DNA from: a virus
DNA length: 64,000 nt
Reading direction: 5' to 3' (one strand)
IMG/VR virus record: IMGVR_UViG_3300012347_000211
Span: 32,001-96,000 of that record
The notes under the pieces: model-generated
Databases searched by the model: none
What the model was told of the DNA's origin: nothing
Seen by the model: only the letters and a program-made list of their open reading frames with translations
Made by a program: the position numbers and the translations under genes
Shown: one piece after another, positions 45,621 to 57,047 of the stretch
Numbering within the stretch: position 1 is the stretch's first letter
Layout: the number at the start of each line of letters is the position of its first letter

Positions 45621-48600
45621 TTAAGCTTGAGCTTCCGTCCACGATACGCGAGCCAGAATGTTTCTTGTTACACCTTCGAGGTTAGTAACAACCAAACTCA
45701 CAACGTCAGGACCATCTGGATACATGTTCAGTGTACCAGCAGATGATGCAGAGTTCGATGTAACGTTTGTTGTACCGCCACCCAAGATACTGTTACCCAA
45801 GTCACGAACCAAATCCAAGTTACGCAATGTGTTGGTGTAAGTGTTGTTACCTGGACCGTCGGTGTAGAACGAGTAGATCGACTCACCACCGGACATTGTA
45901 ACGCCTGCTGGGAATACTGCTACTTGAGCCAACGAAGCTGGGTTGTTGTTAGCTTGAACGAATGTGTTGCTGACAGATGTTGCACCGTTAACAATCAACT
46001 CACACAAGAAACGGCCATCAGACAAGAAGTCCAAGTTACGCAAAGTCAACTGCATGCGGTTGATAACTTCTTTGATACCGAGCACGCCAGACACGCCGTT
46101 ATCAACGGTTGGTGCAATGCGCAAGCTCAACAACGTAGCACGTTGGCCAGTTGTAACAGCAGTAGCGGTTGGCATACCGACCGAGAACACGAACGACTTA
46201 TCGTCATCGTAACGACCGTCCATAATGACCGAAGAACCCCAGTGGCTAACCAATGGTGAGAACTGTGGTGCGTGACCTTGGACAGCGATAGGAGCAGTTT
46301 CGCTGTATGTGTGAGTGGTAGAAGCACCAGCTGCACCCATTGCGAAGAATGTCATCGTTACGCCAGTACCGGTCAGCAAAGCACCTTGGTTCAACGTGAT
46401 CGTTGTTGGTCCAAGAGACACAATCCACGAACCTGTCGCGATACCGTTACCTTGCACGTACATACCTGGTTGCAATGTTGCAGTAGAAGCAGCAGACATC
46501 ACAGCGCTACCAGTGGTAGTGTTAACAGCCAATGTGCCGCCAGCCTTACCACGAGTCAGACCAGTAAACTCCGTTGCAGTCTTACCTGTGTAGTAGCAGT
46601 ATTCGTATGCTGTTGGGTTAGCGATCAACAACGAACCAGCGGTTGGGAAGCCATCTGTACTAGCAACAGTCAGCGTAGTTCCACCAGCAGTAGCAGTATT
46701 CATATGCTGTTGGGTTAGCGATCAACAACGAACCAGCAGTTGGGAAGCCATCTGTGCTAGCAACAGTCAGCGTAGTTCCACCAGCAGCCAACGTTGCCAT
46801 CATGCGAGTGGTGTATCCGTTTGTGTTGGTTTCGTAACGAGCTGGCAAGTTACCAGAGCGCATGTATGCTTCGAGGTTGATGTTGTTGTTAACCAAGCGG
46901 TGAGCGTATGTAACTTCACCACGACCGTCTTTAAAGCCGTAACGAATTGCGCCAGCACCGTACCATGAGTAGTCCATGTACAACATCTGGATACGACGTA
47001 GGTCGATGTTGTAACCAGTTGGGCCTGTGCCATCAACACGATCGATGTTCCACGCACTTTGTGGGATCTTAGTATCGATTGTCTTGCTGAAGATAGACTT
47101 CATACCACCAGTCATAGAGACGCCACGGTATTCTGGCAGGATAGTCATCGACGTATCGCTCAGAATGTTTTCAACACGGTACGACATACCACGGATCACA
47201 ATATAGTCGCCAGTATTCAATTGGCGGGCAAATTGTGTGTTGGTACCAGTTACTACAGCAGAGTTCTGAGTACACACGACGGTACCAAGCATTTGCTGTG
47301 TGGAGTTTCTACGAACAGCCCACAGTGTTTGGCCATCATACTCGTAGAAGAAGCCGTTTTGTTGGTCGAACATACCAACACGAACAGAAGCGTGGTACCA
47401 GTTGTTGACGATAACAGTAGGAACGCTACCAGAAGCCAATGCAGGTGGCTCGCTTAGTGCGCTGTAACGGAATGTATATGGATCTGGAACTTCCGAAATC
47501 ACGAATGTGCCATTGAACGCCGAACCGGCTGGCAAGCAACCTTCGATGGAAATGCTGACGCCTGGCACCAATTGGTGGGCGGCCTTTGTAACAACAGTGA
47601 CGGTGAACACAGAAGCTGTGATCGACTCGATGTTGAAGTTAGGCTTGATAACAGCACCAGTAGAGAACTGGATACCCTTACCGGATTGGTAACGGAAGTA
47701 ACGACGGGTCTGACGAGCCATTGTTAGGTTGTGCGAAGCTGCTGTGGTGCTATATTGTACGCCGCCGTCGAATGGACGGTGGTAGAATGTACCTTCTGGA
47801 CGAACGTGGATTGAACCGCCAGTCAAAGCACCTGTAGGCGTTGTTGTAGACAAGAATGTGAACGCGGTTGAGTTAATAACCCCAGACACAGGCCAGGTTC
47901 CGATAGGGTTACCAGAAGTAGCAATCGATGTGTTACGAACCATCACATAGTTACCAACACGCAATCCATGGACAGTGTTAGCAGTGATCGTAACAGCATT
48001 ACCAGAAATTGTGTTAGCGGTGACGCCGAATGAGTTACTTGTGTAAGCGCCAGGTGATGTTGTAACAGTTGCGCTGCCGTTAGCAAACACAAGAGTTTGA
48101 CCCATGCTGTAAATGTTGGCAGTAGCAGGAGCTTCACGCTTCATATCGTATGTGAACGACGCACCAGCAGACACACCGCTAACAACATAGAAGCCATCAG
48201 CAGGAGCATATGTGGATCCGTTGATGTATACTGGGTGGCTAGCAATAATGTTGGTGGTTGTTGGTGTTCTTACTGTAACGGTACGGCTGTTAGCAGTAGT
48301 ATCCATAGCAGTAATCGTCGCGTTTGGTGCCTGTGGCAACACATAGAACGATGAACGGTTATTGACCAGCTGGACGTTTTCCCACTTCGTTGGTTGTAGA
48401 CCATATTCAAAGTCGGTATCGATCAACGATTGTGGTTGCGACGTACGGAACTTACCAACTGGGTCCATCAGCTGCTCAGAAGGAGCAAAACGTTGATACA
48501 GCTCATCCCAGATAATCTGGAGAGTGTCAGTCGAGCTCATCGATGTAGTGTCAAAGTTCAACACAATGGTTGTAGTGTTGTTTGATGTATCGAGTGTGTA

Positions 48601-48765
48601 TGATGTTGCCTTCAGAGCTGGGTCTGAGAAGTTAAGAATAGGTGTGCCTGAGGTAACGTTGGTGATCAACACCATGCGTTCTTGTTGTACGAGACGCGGC
48701 AACACGACCGTTCTCGTAGATGGCGTAAATGTGTAATTAGTTTCAAGTAGTACTCTACGTGACAT
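45621..48765 (-). CDS. Virion structural protein (about 1015 aa) split by a 97-bp frameshifting duplication; ORFs 46660-48765 and 45621-46703 are one gene
   Basis: Both ORFs share 'AGGTTLTVASTDGFPTAGSLLIANPTAYEYCY'. Removing one 97-bp copy gives 3048 nt in a single frame. Confidence 0.75.
46592..46787. repeat. Tandem direct duplication, period 97 bp, 3 mismatches
   Basis: 46592-46690 matches 46689-46787. Confidence 0.9.
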
Positions 48766-48785
48766 GTTTTAATTCTCCGGTTATT

Positions 48786-50147
48786 TTAGAAAGTGTCTAA
48801 TGCAATAGCAAGGGGGTGGAACGGGTATGTAGTCGGCGCTGGAAGGTTAGCTGCTGATGTAGTCTGCGTGCTGTTCAACAGACGACCAGTAAAATCAGCT
48901 GTTGTTGCTGGTGCCTTCGAGAACTGTACTGTTCCGTTTGCGTTGACTTGGATATCTCCAGTCTCTAACACAACAGGGATACCATTGCAGTACATGTACC
49001 CAGTGTAGTATACCTTGCGTTTGTGGACTTTTTGAGCTCTGTTGTTGATGAATATCATCATTTGCTCAGGTGCAACGAGCGCTGGCGTAATAGCTTCGCC
49101 ATTGTTCACAGTAAACCTAAACACTCTTTGGACGCCATTGAAGATTGGCGCATCGATATCATGCACGTTCATCGCATCGCCACCATTGAAGGTGACGTTG
49201 CCGGTAACATTCAAGTCTCCGACATTCAGTGTTTTGGTCGTTGTGTTACCAAACCCAAGCACAGCGTCTATTGTTGGGTTTGGTGAGTCATACCAGAACA
49301 CAGCTGATCCATTAGAGGTCAGATATGCTCCGTTGGATCCCGTGGTGCCGTTAGCCGAGATTCCGCCACTGAATGTGATGGTGTTCGAGAATGTTAGCTG
49401 TGCGTTTGCAGATTCAATTCCAGATCTTGGAATAGCAAAAGCTGTTGCGTTTGTGTATGCAGATACTGCTGCATCATATGCACGCTTAACAGAGTTGGCT
49501 GTCGCTGCATGTGTGGAGCTTACGTTAGCGATACCGTCAACGAGCTGCACGATACCAGCCTGTGTGGTATTAGCTGCATTCAGTCGTGCGTTCGGAACGG
49601 TTCCGTTAGACAGATTCGAAGCATTGGCAGCGAATGTGACTGCGTTGGTGTACGCAGTGTTAGCTAGCGTGATCGTGTATGCAACAGCGTTAGAGTATGC
49701 AGCACCAGCGATTGTGGCAGCATACGATACAGCATTGGAGTACGCAGTGTCAGCTTTTGTGTTAGTGTATGTTACACTGTTCGAATATGCTGCAGCAGCC
49801 TTCGTGTCTGCATATGTTGCAGCATTGGAATAAGCAGTAGCAACACCGAGAGCTGCTTGAGCAGCAAGGTCATATGCAGTCTTAACTGCGTTTGCTGTTG
49901 GTGCAATTGTGATGCTGGTGTTACCAACATCATCGACTAAACGCAAGATACCAGCAGCGGCAGTAGTACCGGCTGGCAAGCGAGCAACGTCAACTGTACC
50001 TGTTGAAAGGTTAGTTGCGTTCGTGTAGAAGTCTGGCGACTGTCCACCTAAATTGTTTGCATTTTCGGCTGAGGTAGTAACGTGTCCGTTCGCATTGATT
50101 ACGACCACGTCCCCTACCGTCAAGCCTGACTTGACTTTGAATGTCAT
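48786..50147 (-). CDS. Tail fibre-like protein with phage tail-fibre repeats and a coiled-coil stalk
   Basis: Two 'A.TT.AGI..L.D...N.S...A.TAN.VK.AYD.A' repeats; 15-residue 'AYSNA' repeats. Confidence 0.7.
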   Translation of the reverse strand: MTFKVKSGLTVGDVVVINANGHVTTSAENANNLGGQSPDFYTNATNLSTGTVDVARLPAGTTAAAGILRLVDDVGNTSITIAPTANAVKTAYDLAAQAALGVATAYSNAATYADTKAAAAYSNSVTYTNTKADTAYSNAVSYAATIAGAAYSNAVAYTITLANTAYTNAVTFAANASNLSNGTVPNARLNAANTTQAGIVQLVDGIANVSSTHAATANSVKRAYDAAVSAYTNATAFAIPRSGIESANAQLTFSNTITFSGGISANGTTGSNGAYLTSNGSAVFWYDSPNPTIDAVLGFGNTTTKTLNVGDLNVTGNVTFNGGDAMNVHDIDAPIFNGVQRVFRFTVNNGEAITPALVAPEQMMIFINNRAQKVHKRKVYYTGYMYCNGIPVVLETGDIQVNANGTVQFSKAPATTADFTGRLLNSTQTTSAANLPAPTTYPFHPLAIALDTF

Positions 50148-50177
50148 TTCTCGTCCCTATTTAAATCAGAGAAAATG

Positions 50178-53100
50178 TTAAATTAGTCTTCTAAACTTGA
50201 AGTTGTAACTTGCAGTTCCTGATCCTATGTATGTTCCGGATATTTGAAGTTTAATATATCCGCCGCTCTGACGCAGCGTTCTCAGGAATAGTGACTCGCC
50301 GTGAGTTGTGTCACCTGTACTGTGGAGGACAATTTCATCCGCCGTTGTTTCGTTTGTAGTGGCTCCATACCATGAAACCATACCGGTATATATCTGATTG
50401 TTACTTCCGCCAACACTACGGTCATCAGCAGTGAGCTGAACCATATACGATCCAGTGGTCATGTCTGAACCGATGATGCCAGTATCAACCCACGATGTGT
50501 TGATTGTCAGCGTCTTGGTGAACGACGCTAGACCGAAGATATCAGCTGTTGATGTTGAATCAGAACGTACGAATTGTGTAGAGGTTACACCATCCAACAA
50601 GTCAGCGTTCAGGTTCGTTACCTTGGTGGTACTTGTAACGACCAAAGGTGCAGTGCCATCAGCGACTGTAGATACCAAACGCGAACCAACTACGTTGGCT
50701 GACGCATTAACAAAACCAGTGATTGTTGTGTTACCAGCAGCGAATGTATTGCTTACGCTAACTGCAGCTGTTGTGGTTGCGCCACGGGCAGTAACAGTGC
50801 TGAATGTATCCGTGGAATATATGTTAACCGTTCCGCCAAGGCCAATCACGCCGCTGTTAGAAACAACTACGTTATTACTTGCATTGAAGGTGATTGTGGA
50901 TGATACCAAAGCACCGACAGGGATAGATGAAAGACCTGCGCCGTTACCGACGAATGCGCTACCAGTATAAACGTTGCCAGCGATACCGACGCCACCTGCA
51001 ACAACCAAAGCTCCAGTAGTAGAGTTTGTAGCAGATGTTGTAGATGTGATCTGGATATTACCAGATACCAGCGCAGCAGCTTTGAATGAAACGTCAGACG
51101 GATCTACAGCGTTCGATGTTACATCGCCGGTATAACCTTCAAACAAGTACCACTTCTTTGTGACAGAATCACGAATGAAACCTGTCTGTGCGTTGCCGGT
51201 GCCTGGATCATATTGACCAACCAAGCCCATATCGACTGTGTCGGCAGTGTTGTTTGCAGCAACCTGAACGACGCTATCAAGTACGTTCAGAGTCGCAACG
51301 TTGATCGATGTGGTGATACCGGTAACAACCAAGTTGCCTGAAACTACGACGTTGCCGTTGAATGTTGCAGTGCCGTTGACGGTCGCATTCGCACCAACAT
51401 AAAGCTGTTTAGCGACTCCCAATCCACCAGCAGTGGTAATGGAACCTGTAGTTGTATTTGATGTGTCAGCGGTGTTGCTGACTTTTACGGAACCAGCAAC
51501 ATTTAGGCGTTGGGCTTCATCAACAGACAGAGCCAACGTAGAAGCGCCGTCATCTTTCTTGGTGTATAGTTTTGCTACGCCGCCGAGGCTAGATGTCGAA
51601 CCATTGGCAGTAAACTTCCAGCCAGCCATCTCTGCATATGCAGGTGTGCCGCCAGTATATGCGTATCCGGTATACTGACCAATGAAGTCGCCGCTTTGGC
51701 TAACGGATGGGCTTGCTTCTGTACCACGCGATGTGGATACAGTAAAGCCAGATGTCTTGCCGATCGTTGAATCGTCTGTTCCGCTGTTTGGAACATACGA
51801 GTCGATCTGGTATGTAATGTTGATCGTGTCAGTCGAAGTAGTGTCTGCACGAGGACCGACAGTGAACTTAGTATTCGAGAAGGTATCGGATACACCATCA
51901 AGGTATCTGAAGTTGGTCGAGTTGCCCGAAACAACTTTGCCACCGCCATTCAAGAACAACACAGAGCCGTTGCTCAGCGCGTTCATGGTCAACGCACCAG
52001 TCACTGAGAAGTTATTAGCTCCTGTGATTACTGCATTGAAGGTGTTGCCGTCCGAAGCAGTTACAGATAGTGTGTTGTTAGTGATTGCATAAGATGCACC
52101 ATTGACAACAGCGAATGGGACACTTTCAGCATTAGTAACTTGGCCTTTGGCATTGACGGTGAGAACAGCAACCGCTGTAGTGTTTCCGTATGTGTTAGCT
52201 ACAACACCAGTATCAGCAATCGTTAAGGTAGCATCGCCCGCTGAGCTGGTAACATCTCCATCAAATGACGGCAAGCGGCCTGCTGGAAGAGTGCCAGAAT
52301 CAAAGTTAGAGGCGTTAGCTGCAAAGATCAACGCGTTGGCGTATGCTGCATCAGCAACTGTGTTTGCGTAGATGATAGCGTTAGCGTATGCATCTGCTGC
52401 AAACGATGTTGCATTAGTGACTGCGTTTGCAGCCAGATCATATGCACGCTTAACTGAGTTTGCAGTAGCAGCGACAGTGATGCTTGTGTTAGTTACGGAG
52501 TCTACCAACTGAACAGCACCAGCGGCTGTTGTGTTTGCGGCTGGCAGATATGTTGCAGCAACTGTACCAGAGGTTACAAAGTCGCCGCTGATGTTGCCGT
52601 AGAAGTTAGTTGCAGTGACTGTACCATTGACAATAAGCGTATTCGAGCCACTGGAGGTCAATGTCATCTTGCGGTCGGTATTTGCTACGCCACCAACAAA
52701 GAATCTAACTTGGCCACTATCACCTTGAACGAAGTCTAGGTTGCCGCCAAGGTTCAGCAAGTATCCATCAAGCTGCTCAGCAAATGAGAAAGCAGGATCA
52801 CCATATCCGCTACTCGACTTGCCCATGTCGATGTAGTTGGAGATGTCTGTTCCGTTATCAGCAGTGATAACGAAATCAGCAGATGCGCCAGCCTCGTCAC
52901 TCAAGTTCTGGATAGCGACTTGAATGTATGTGTTTGATGTATCCGTAATCTGAACCAACGGAGTGGTCAGAGTAGCACCACCTTGACCAATAGTCAAAGG
53001 AGCTGTAGTTACGTCTGTTGCAATACCGATACGCTTGTTGGTAGTATCAACAAACAACGAGTTGCTAGAGAAGTTGACATTACCATCGATAATATGAGAT

Positions 53101-54344
53101 CCGCCGCCTGTAGGAACAGATACGGTCATTTTACCGTAAATGTTGACGTTCGCGACGTTCGATTGGCCAGTAATGTTTACTGTATTTGCAAACACGACAG
53201 CACCATTGACGGTACCGCCGTCTACTTTAGACAGCGCAGTGTTAGCTAGAGTGTTGGCCGCAATGGCCGCATCATATGCAGTCTTGACAGCATTTGCGGT
53301 CGGTGCAATCGTGATACTGGTGTTGTTTACTGTATCTGTAAGTCGAACAATACCTGCCAACGTAGTGTTAGCTGCATTCAATAGAGCGTTGTTTACAAGT
53401 CCACTAGACAAGTATGTTGCATTGGCTGCAAGATATGCAGCGTTGTTGTATGCTTCTGAAATGCGCAGATCGAGCGTCTTAGCAGTATTAGCAGTCACCG
53501 CATACGTGACGCTGCTGTTAGTCACACCATCAAGCAACCCCTCGAATACACCACCTGTTGGTAGCACGAGGCTTGATGCGATCTTTAGATCAGCGACTTG
53601 GAATCTGTCAGCCGTCTCGTCCCAAATAAATTGAGCGTTCGTCTGAGCACCACGGTTGATAATGATACCAGCATTTTGTGTTGGTTCAGTCACGCCAGAC
53701 ACATCAGCATTCAACGTGATCAGGTTATCCCCGATGTTCAACTCAGTTGTGTTGATATACGTCGTGTTGCCGGTTACTGTAAGGTTTGCGTTGATTATGA
53801 CATCAGCATCGAATGTTGTTACAGCTGAAACATCCAGAGTGCCGCCAGTAAACGCGACGTTGCCAGTTGCAGCAATACCGTTAGCGGTTAAGTTGCGGCT
53901 AACGACTAAATTGTTGGATGTTGTTGTTCCACCTACCGCCAAGTTGCCGCTTACGGACAAATCAGTGTATGAAAGCGATGCAGCTTGAAGATTCGCAACA
54001 GTCAACGTATCAGCAACTACTAGGTTGTTGACACTTACTGTGTTTGCAAGTCTGACTGTGTAATCAAAATTGGTAGTGTTAGCAACCACCACCTGGCCAG
54101 TATTTGCGCTGGTAAGTGTGGTAGGGGCACGGTTGATCCATTGGCTAGTAGTATTACTATAGGCAATGATATTGTCGCCGCTAACGTTGGTTAGGGTAAC
54201 GTCTGTGAGTTGGCCAAGCTGCGATACACCACCGCCAAGGGTGGTTTTAAGCGTGACAGGTGATACGGCTTCAAGAGCGCCGGAACGTTGTCTGACTTTG
54301 ATTGTTGGACGTAGGGTCGTGAGATTTAAATTTGTGTTCGCCAT
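50178..54344 (-). CDS. Long tail fibre-like virion protein
   Basis: Tail-fibre repeats, 'NLTVTGNTTYINTTELNIGDNLITLN', 'TGALVVAGGVGI', 'STTKVTNLNADLLDG'. Confidence 0.75.
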   Translation of the reverse strand: MANTNLNLTTLRPTIKVRQRSGALEAVSPVTLKTTLGGGVSQLGQLTDVTLTNVSGDNIIAYSNTTSQWINRAPTTLTSANTGQVVVANTTNFDYTVRLANTVSVNNLVVADTLTVANLQAASLSYTDLSVSGNLAVGGTTTSNNLVVSRNLTANGIAATGNVAFTGGTLDVSAVTTFDADVIINANLTVTGNTTYINTTELNIGDNLITLNADVSGVTEPTQNAGIIINRGAQTNAQFIWDETADRFQVADLKIASSLVLPTGGVFEGLLDGVTNSSVTYAVTANTAKTLDLRISEAYNNAAYLAANATYLSSGLVNNALLNAANTTLAGIVRLTDTVNNTSITIAPTANAVKTAYDAAIAANTLANTALSKVDGGTVNGAVVFANTVNITGQSNVANVNIYGKMTVSVPTGGGSHIIDGNVNFSSNSLFVDTTNKRIGIATDVTTAPLTIGQGGATLTTPLVQITDTSNTYIQVAIQNLSDEAGASADFVITADNGTDISNYIDMGKSSSGYGDPAFSFAEQLDGYLLNLGGNLDFVQGDSGQVRFFVGGVANTDRKMTLTSSGSNTLIVNGTVTATNFYGNISGDFVTSGTVAATYLPAANTTAAGAVQLVDSVTNTSITVAATANSVKRAYDLAANAVTNATSFAADAYANAIIYANTVADAAYANALIFAANASNFDSGTLPAGRLPSFDGDVTSSAGDATLTIADTGVVANTYGNTTAVAVLTVNAKGQVTNAESVPFAVVNGASYAITNNTLSVTASDGNTFNAVITGANNFSVTGALTMNALSNGSVLFLNGGGKVVSGNSTNFRYLDGVSDTFSNTKFTVGPRADTTSTDTINITYQIDSYVPNSGTDDSTIGKTSGFTVSTSRGTEASPSVSQSGDFIGQYTGYAYTGGTPAYAEMAGWKFTANGSTSSLGGVAKLYTKKDDGASTLALSVDEAQRLNVAGSVKVSNTADTSNTTTGSITTAGGLGVAKQLYVGANATVNGTATFNGNVVVSGNLVVTGITTSINVATLNVLDSVVQVAANNTADTVDMGLVGQYDPGTGNAQTGFIRDSVTKKWYLFEGYTGDVTSNAVDPSDVSFKAAALVSGNIQITSTTSATNSTTGALVVAGGVGIAGNVYTGSAFVGNGAGLSSIPVGALVSSTITFNASNNVVVSNSGVIGLGGTVNIYSTDTFSTVTARGATTTAAVSVSNTFAAGNTTITGFVNASANVVGSRLVSTVADGTAPLVVTSTTKVTNLNADLLDGVTSTQFVRSDSTSTADIFGLASFTKTLTINTSWVDTGIIGSDMTTGSYMVQLTADDRSVGGSNNQIYTGMVSWYGATTNETTADEIVLHSTGDTTHGESLFLRTLRQSGGYIKLQISGTYIGSGTASYNFKFRRLI

Positions 54345-54353
54345 GGATTCCTC

Positions 54354-54680
54354 TTAACGGGTCACTTGAGGCGTCACAGTCACAATTCCTTCGACAATTC
54401 TTGATACAGTATTTCCAGAACGGAGTTCAACATCATATACGTAGCGCCCACTAGCCAAGCTTGCTGTTTGGGTTGCAGTCATCTCCAAGACGACTGAACT
54501 AGATGTTGTATTTATAGAAGCAGTAAACGCAGTAGAAGACGAAGAGGTATAGGTCTTTCTCATCTGCGATGTTGCGGTAAACCCCGTCAAATCAACGGGG
54601 GTATCGCTCATATCGGATATATCAAGGTTGATAAGGAACGTGGCTCCTTGATCAATAACGAGGTTTGTTTTTACCGCCAT
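54354..54680 (-). CDS. Small virion structural protein
   Basis: 'NLVIDQGATF...DLTGFT..SQMRK...GRYVYDVE...RIVEG.VTV.P.VTR' pattern typical of phage structural modules. Confidence 0.7.
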   Translation of the reverse strand: MAVKTNLVIDQGATFLINLDISDMSDTPVDLTGFTATSQMRKTYTSSSSTAFTASINTTSSSVVLEMTATQTASLASGRYVYDVELRSGNTVSRIVEGIVTVTPQVTR

Positions 54681-57039
54681 CTGTAATGTCGTCCAATTTT
54701 TGTTTTAGTTCTTTGATAGATTCGATAATGACAGGGATCAACATTTGGTAAGATACGCTCTTCATTCCCTGTTCGTTGGTTCCAACAGCTTCTGGGAAAG
54801 GCTTCTCAACCTGTTGTGCTGACACACCATACTGTTTCTTATCGTCGCCGATAAAGTTGTACAGATAACCAGTAATTTGCTCAAGTTTGTCGAGCGCATT
54901 ACTGATAGGCACAAGGTTTTGCTTCAATGTAACGTCAGACGTAGAATAGAAGTTGTTTGCGTATATATCCGCCGTAGAATTGCGCTGTGCAATTGTGTTC
55001 GCCACCGCGGCGATGCTTGCTCCGCCTGCAACAGCAGATGTCACGACATACTTCCATGTGGATGTGTTCGCTACTTCTAATTGGTCCAATTCAGTGTTGA
55101 ATCTCATGTACGCGGTGCGGTTGAGAGTCGGACGGTTGAATGTATTACCAAATGGCATGCCGATTGCAGTATTGCCGTTGAATGTTGCCCAGCCGGATCC
55201 GTATATCGTGGTCGTGCCTAGGTTTAATGTACCCATTAGCCCGTCGATACTGACGTTTGCCATACCGATTCCGGTACCATTGAACCATAGGCCGGTTTGG
55301 TTGATTGTGGCGTTGGCGGTCGAGTTGCCGGCTGTGAATCCAGCAGTCGATACCGATACGTTTGCATTTGGGCTGACAAATGATACTAACGGGTAGCCAG
55401 TAGCGTTAGCAGTAAATGCCGCAGCAATAGTATTGCTTGCCGTAGTACCTGTAATGATTGAGAATGATGTGCTATTTGTAACAGTTCTTGTCGATGTGTT
55501 GGCAGCAATCTGAATATCGATTGGGGTAATAACAGTGTTTGTGGTTGCGTGCGAGACGCGCAACATTACGTTTGCATTACCAGCAGCAGACGCGACAATT
55601 TGTTGTGTCGCGTTTGCTGCGTTAGTTACTCTAAACGATCCAGTGTTCGCATCGCCCGCAATGACTGCCCATGACGCATTAGCGATCCCATTAGAACTGA
55701 TGCTGAACGTCCTAGCTCTAAATTCTCCAGCAAAGGTGCTATTAGCCGTTTGCATGCCGAGACTACCCACAGTTGCGTTGCTAACGCCTCCCGAATCCGA
55801 CATAAACATAGCACTGTATCTACTAATATTCACACCTAGGCTACTACTGCCCAGTTCGATAACTTCCGGGGTAATGTATATGGCGTCAGCGGTCGATGCA
55901 ACATACACATATCCGTTAGCCACAGTAGTGGCGAAGCCGCCGTTTGCTGTATTACCTGCAACCATGCCGGTCGATGTGATTGTAGTGTTGCTAGTATTGT
56001 TACCGACGTAAAATCTGGCTGGAGTTGTGTACGCCATGGACGTGGTATTTGCGACGGTCAGTTGCGTGGCCCTGAGGTCAGCCTGTACAGTTGAATTGCC
56101 GATGAAGAAGTATGAACCGACGTTCATAAACGCAGCAACTCCAGATCCAAACACAACATTGCCCTCCGCTGTAGTAATGCCCTTGATTACCAGCGCGTTT
56201 GCTGTCAATTGCGAGCCATTAACAACAACGGTGTTTGAGAATGATGCAGCCTTGGTAACAACAAGTTCTGTATTTACAGTAGCCGATGTACGGCCAAACG
56301 ACAGAGTATCCACCACATCCAGCGCACCATTGGCGGACGTCGTGTTGGCACCAGACGATACAGTCAGCGTGCCAGTGTTCTGGCTATGAGCAATGAGCAT
56401 CGCATATGGATACGATGTGTTGCTGAGGCTGGTATTTGAAGTCTCGTCCCAGTTGAATGAGATGGCATTAGCGCTGATTCGGACTGGCCCAGAATTTTCA
56501 GAGGCCATGCTGATTTCAATAGCATGTACGTCACCAGACGTTTGTTCCATTGTGATGGTGCCACCATCGACGAACAACTTCTTGTCGTTTGAGAAAACAA
56601 ACTGACCTTCGTTGATGTCTACGTTGCCGCTGATTGCATGCACCGCACCATTGACCGTTAGATCACCAGCAGTCATGCTGAAATTGCCAACCTGGATAGC
56701 AACGTTGCTGTTCTGATACGTTGCAACTACATTAGCTACAACCACCTCTGTGGTGTTGGCTGAGATGAACGAATCTGTGTTTCCTACATGAGCGGTACCA
56801 GAATCAACCGACGACACAATAACAGCGTTACCGGTCAACGTACCGTCAATTTGCACGTTGGCAACAGCCACAGCTATGTTGCCGATGGTAAGTGGATGTA
56901 GTGTCCTTACTACGGTGGAGTTGGCAATGAAGCCACCATCAGTTGTAAACAACACTCCTCCAACCTCAACGTTGGACGTTAGTTGAGCGTCTCCTGCGAC
57001 CAGTAAGCCATTCTCGGCCTTAAATCTTGTATCTGCCAT
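54652..57039 (-). CDS. Tail fibre/spike with C-terminal intramolecular chaperone (peptidase S74) domain
   Basis: 'TSDVTLKQNL..I.NALDKL..I.G..Y...GVSAQQVE..FPEAV...V.Y..LIPVIIESIKEL'. Confidence 0.8.
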   Translation of the reverse strand: MADTRFKAENGLLVAGDAQLTSNVEVGGVLFTTDGGFIANSTVVRTLHPLTIGNIAVAVANVQIDGTLTGNAVIVSSVDSGTAHVGNTDSFISANTTEVVVANVVATYQNSNVAIQVGNFSMTAGDLTVNGAVHAISGNVDINEGQFVFSNDKKLFVDGGTITMEQTSGDVHAIEISMASENSGPVRISANAISFNWDETSNTSLSNTSYPYAMLIAHSQNTGTLTVSSGANTTSANGALDVVDTLSFGRTSATVNTELVVTKAASFSNTVVVNGSQLTANALVIKGITTAEGNVVFGSGVAAFMNVGSYFFIGNSTVQADLRATQLTVANTTSMAYTTPARFYVGNNTSNTTITSTGMVAGNTANGGFATTVANGYVYVASTADAIYITPEVIELGSSSLGVNISRYSAMFMSDSGGVSNATVGSLGMQTANSTFAGEFRARTFSISSNGIANASWAVIAGDANTGSFRVTNAANATQQIVASAAGNANVMLRVSHATTNTVITPIDIQIAANTSTRTVTNSTSFSIITGTTASNTIAAAFTANATGYPLVSFVSPNANVSVSTAGFTAGNSTANATINQTGLWFNGTGIGMANVSIDGLMGTLNLGTTTIYGSGWATFNGNTAIGMPFGNTFNRPTLNRTAYMRFNTELDQLEVANTSTWKYVVTSAVAGGASIAAVANTIAQRNSTADIYANNFYSTSDVTLKQNLVPISNALDKLEQITGYLYNFIGDDKKQYGVSAQQVEKPFPEAVGTNEQGMKSVSYQMLIPVIIESIKELKQKLDDITDGGKNKPRY

Positions 57040-57047
57040 TCGTTACC

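Noticed and set aside
45621-46703. Independent 360-aa gene, or programmed frameshift
   Set aside because: Its start derives from the duplicated segment, no slippery site is evident, and the duplication explains the split.
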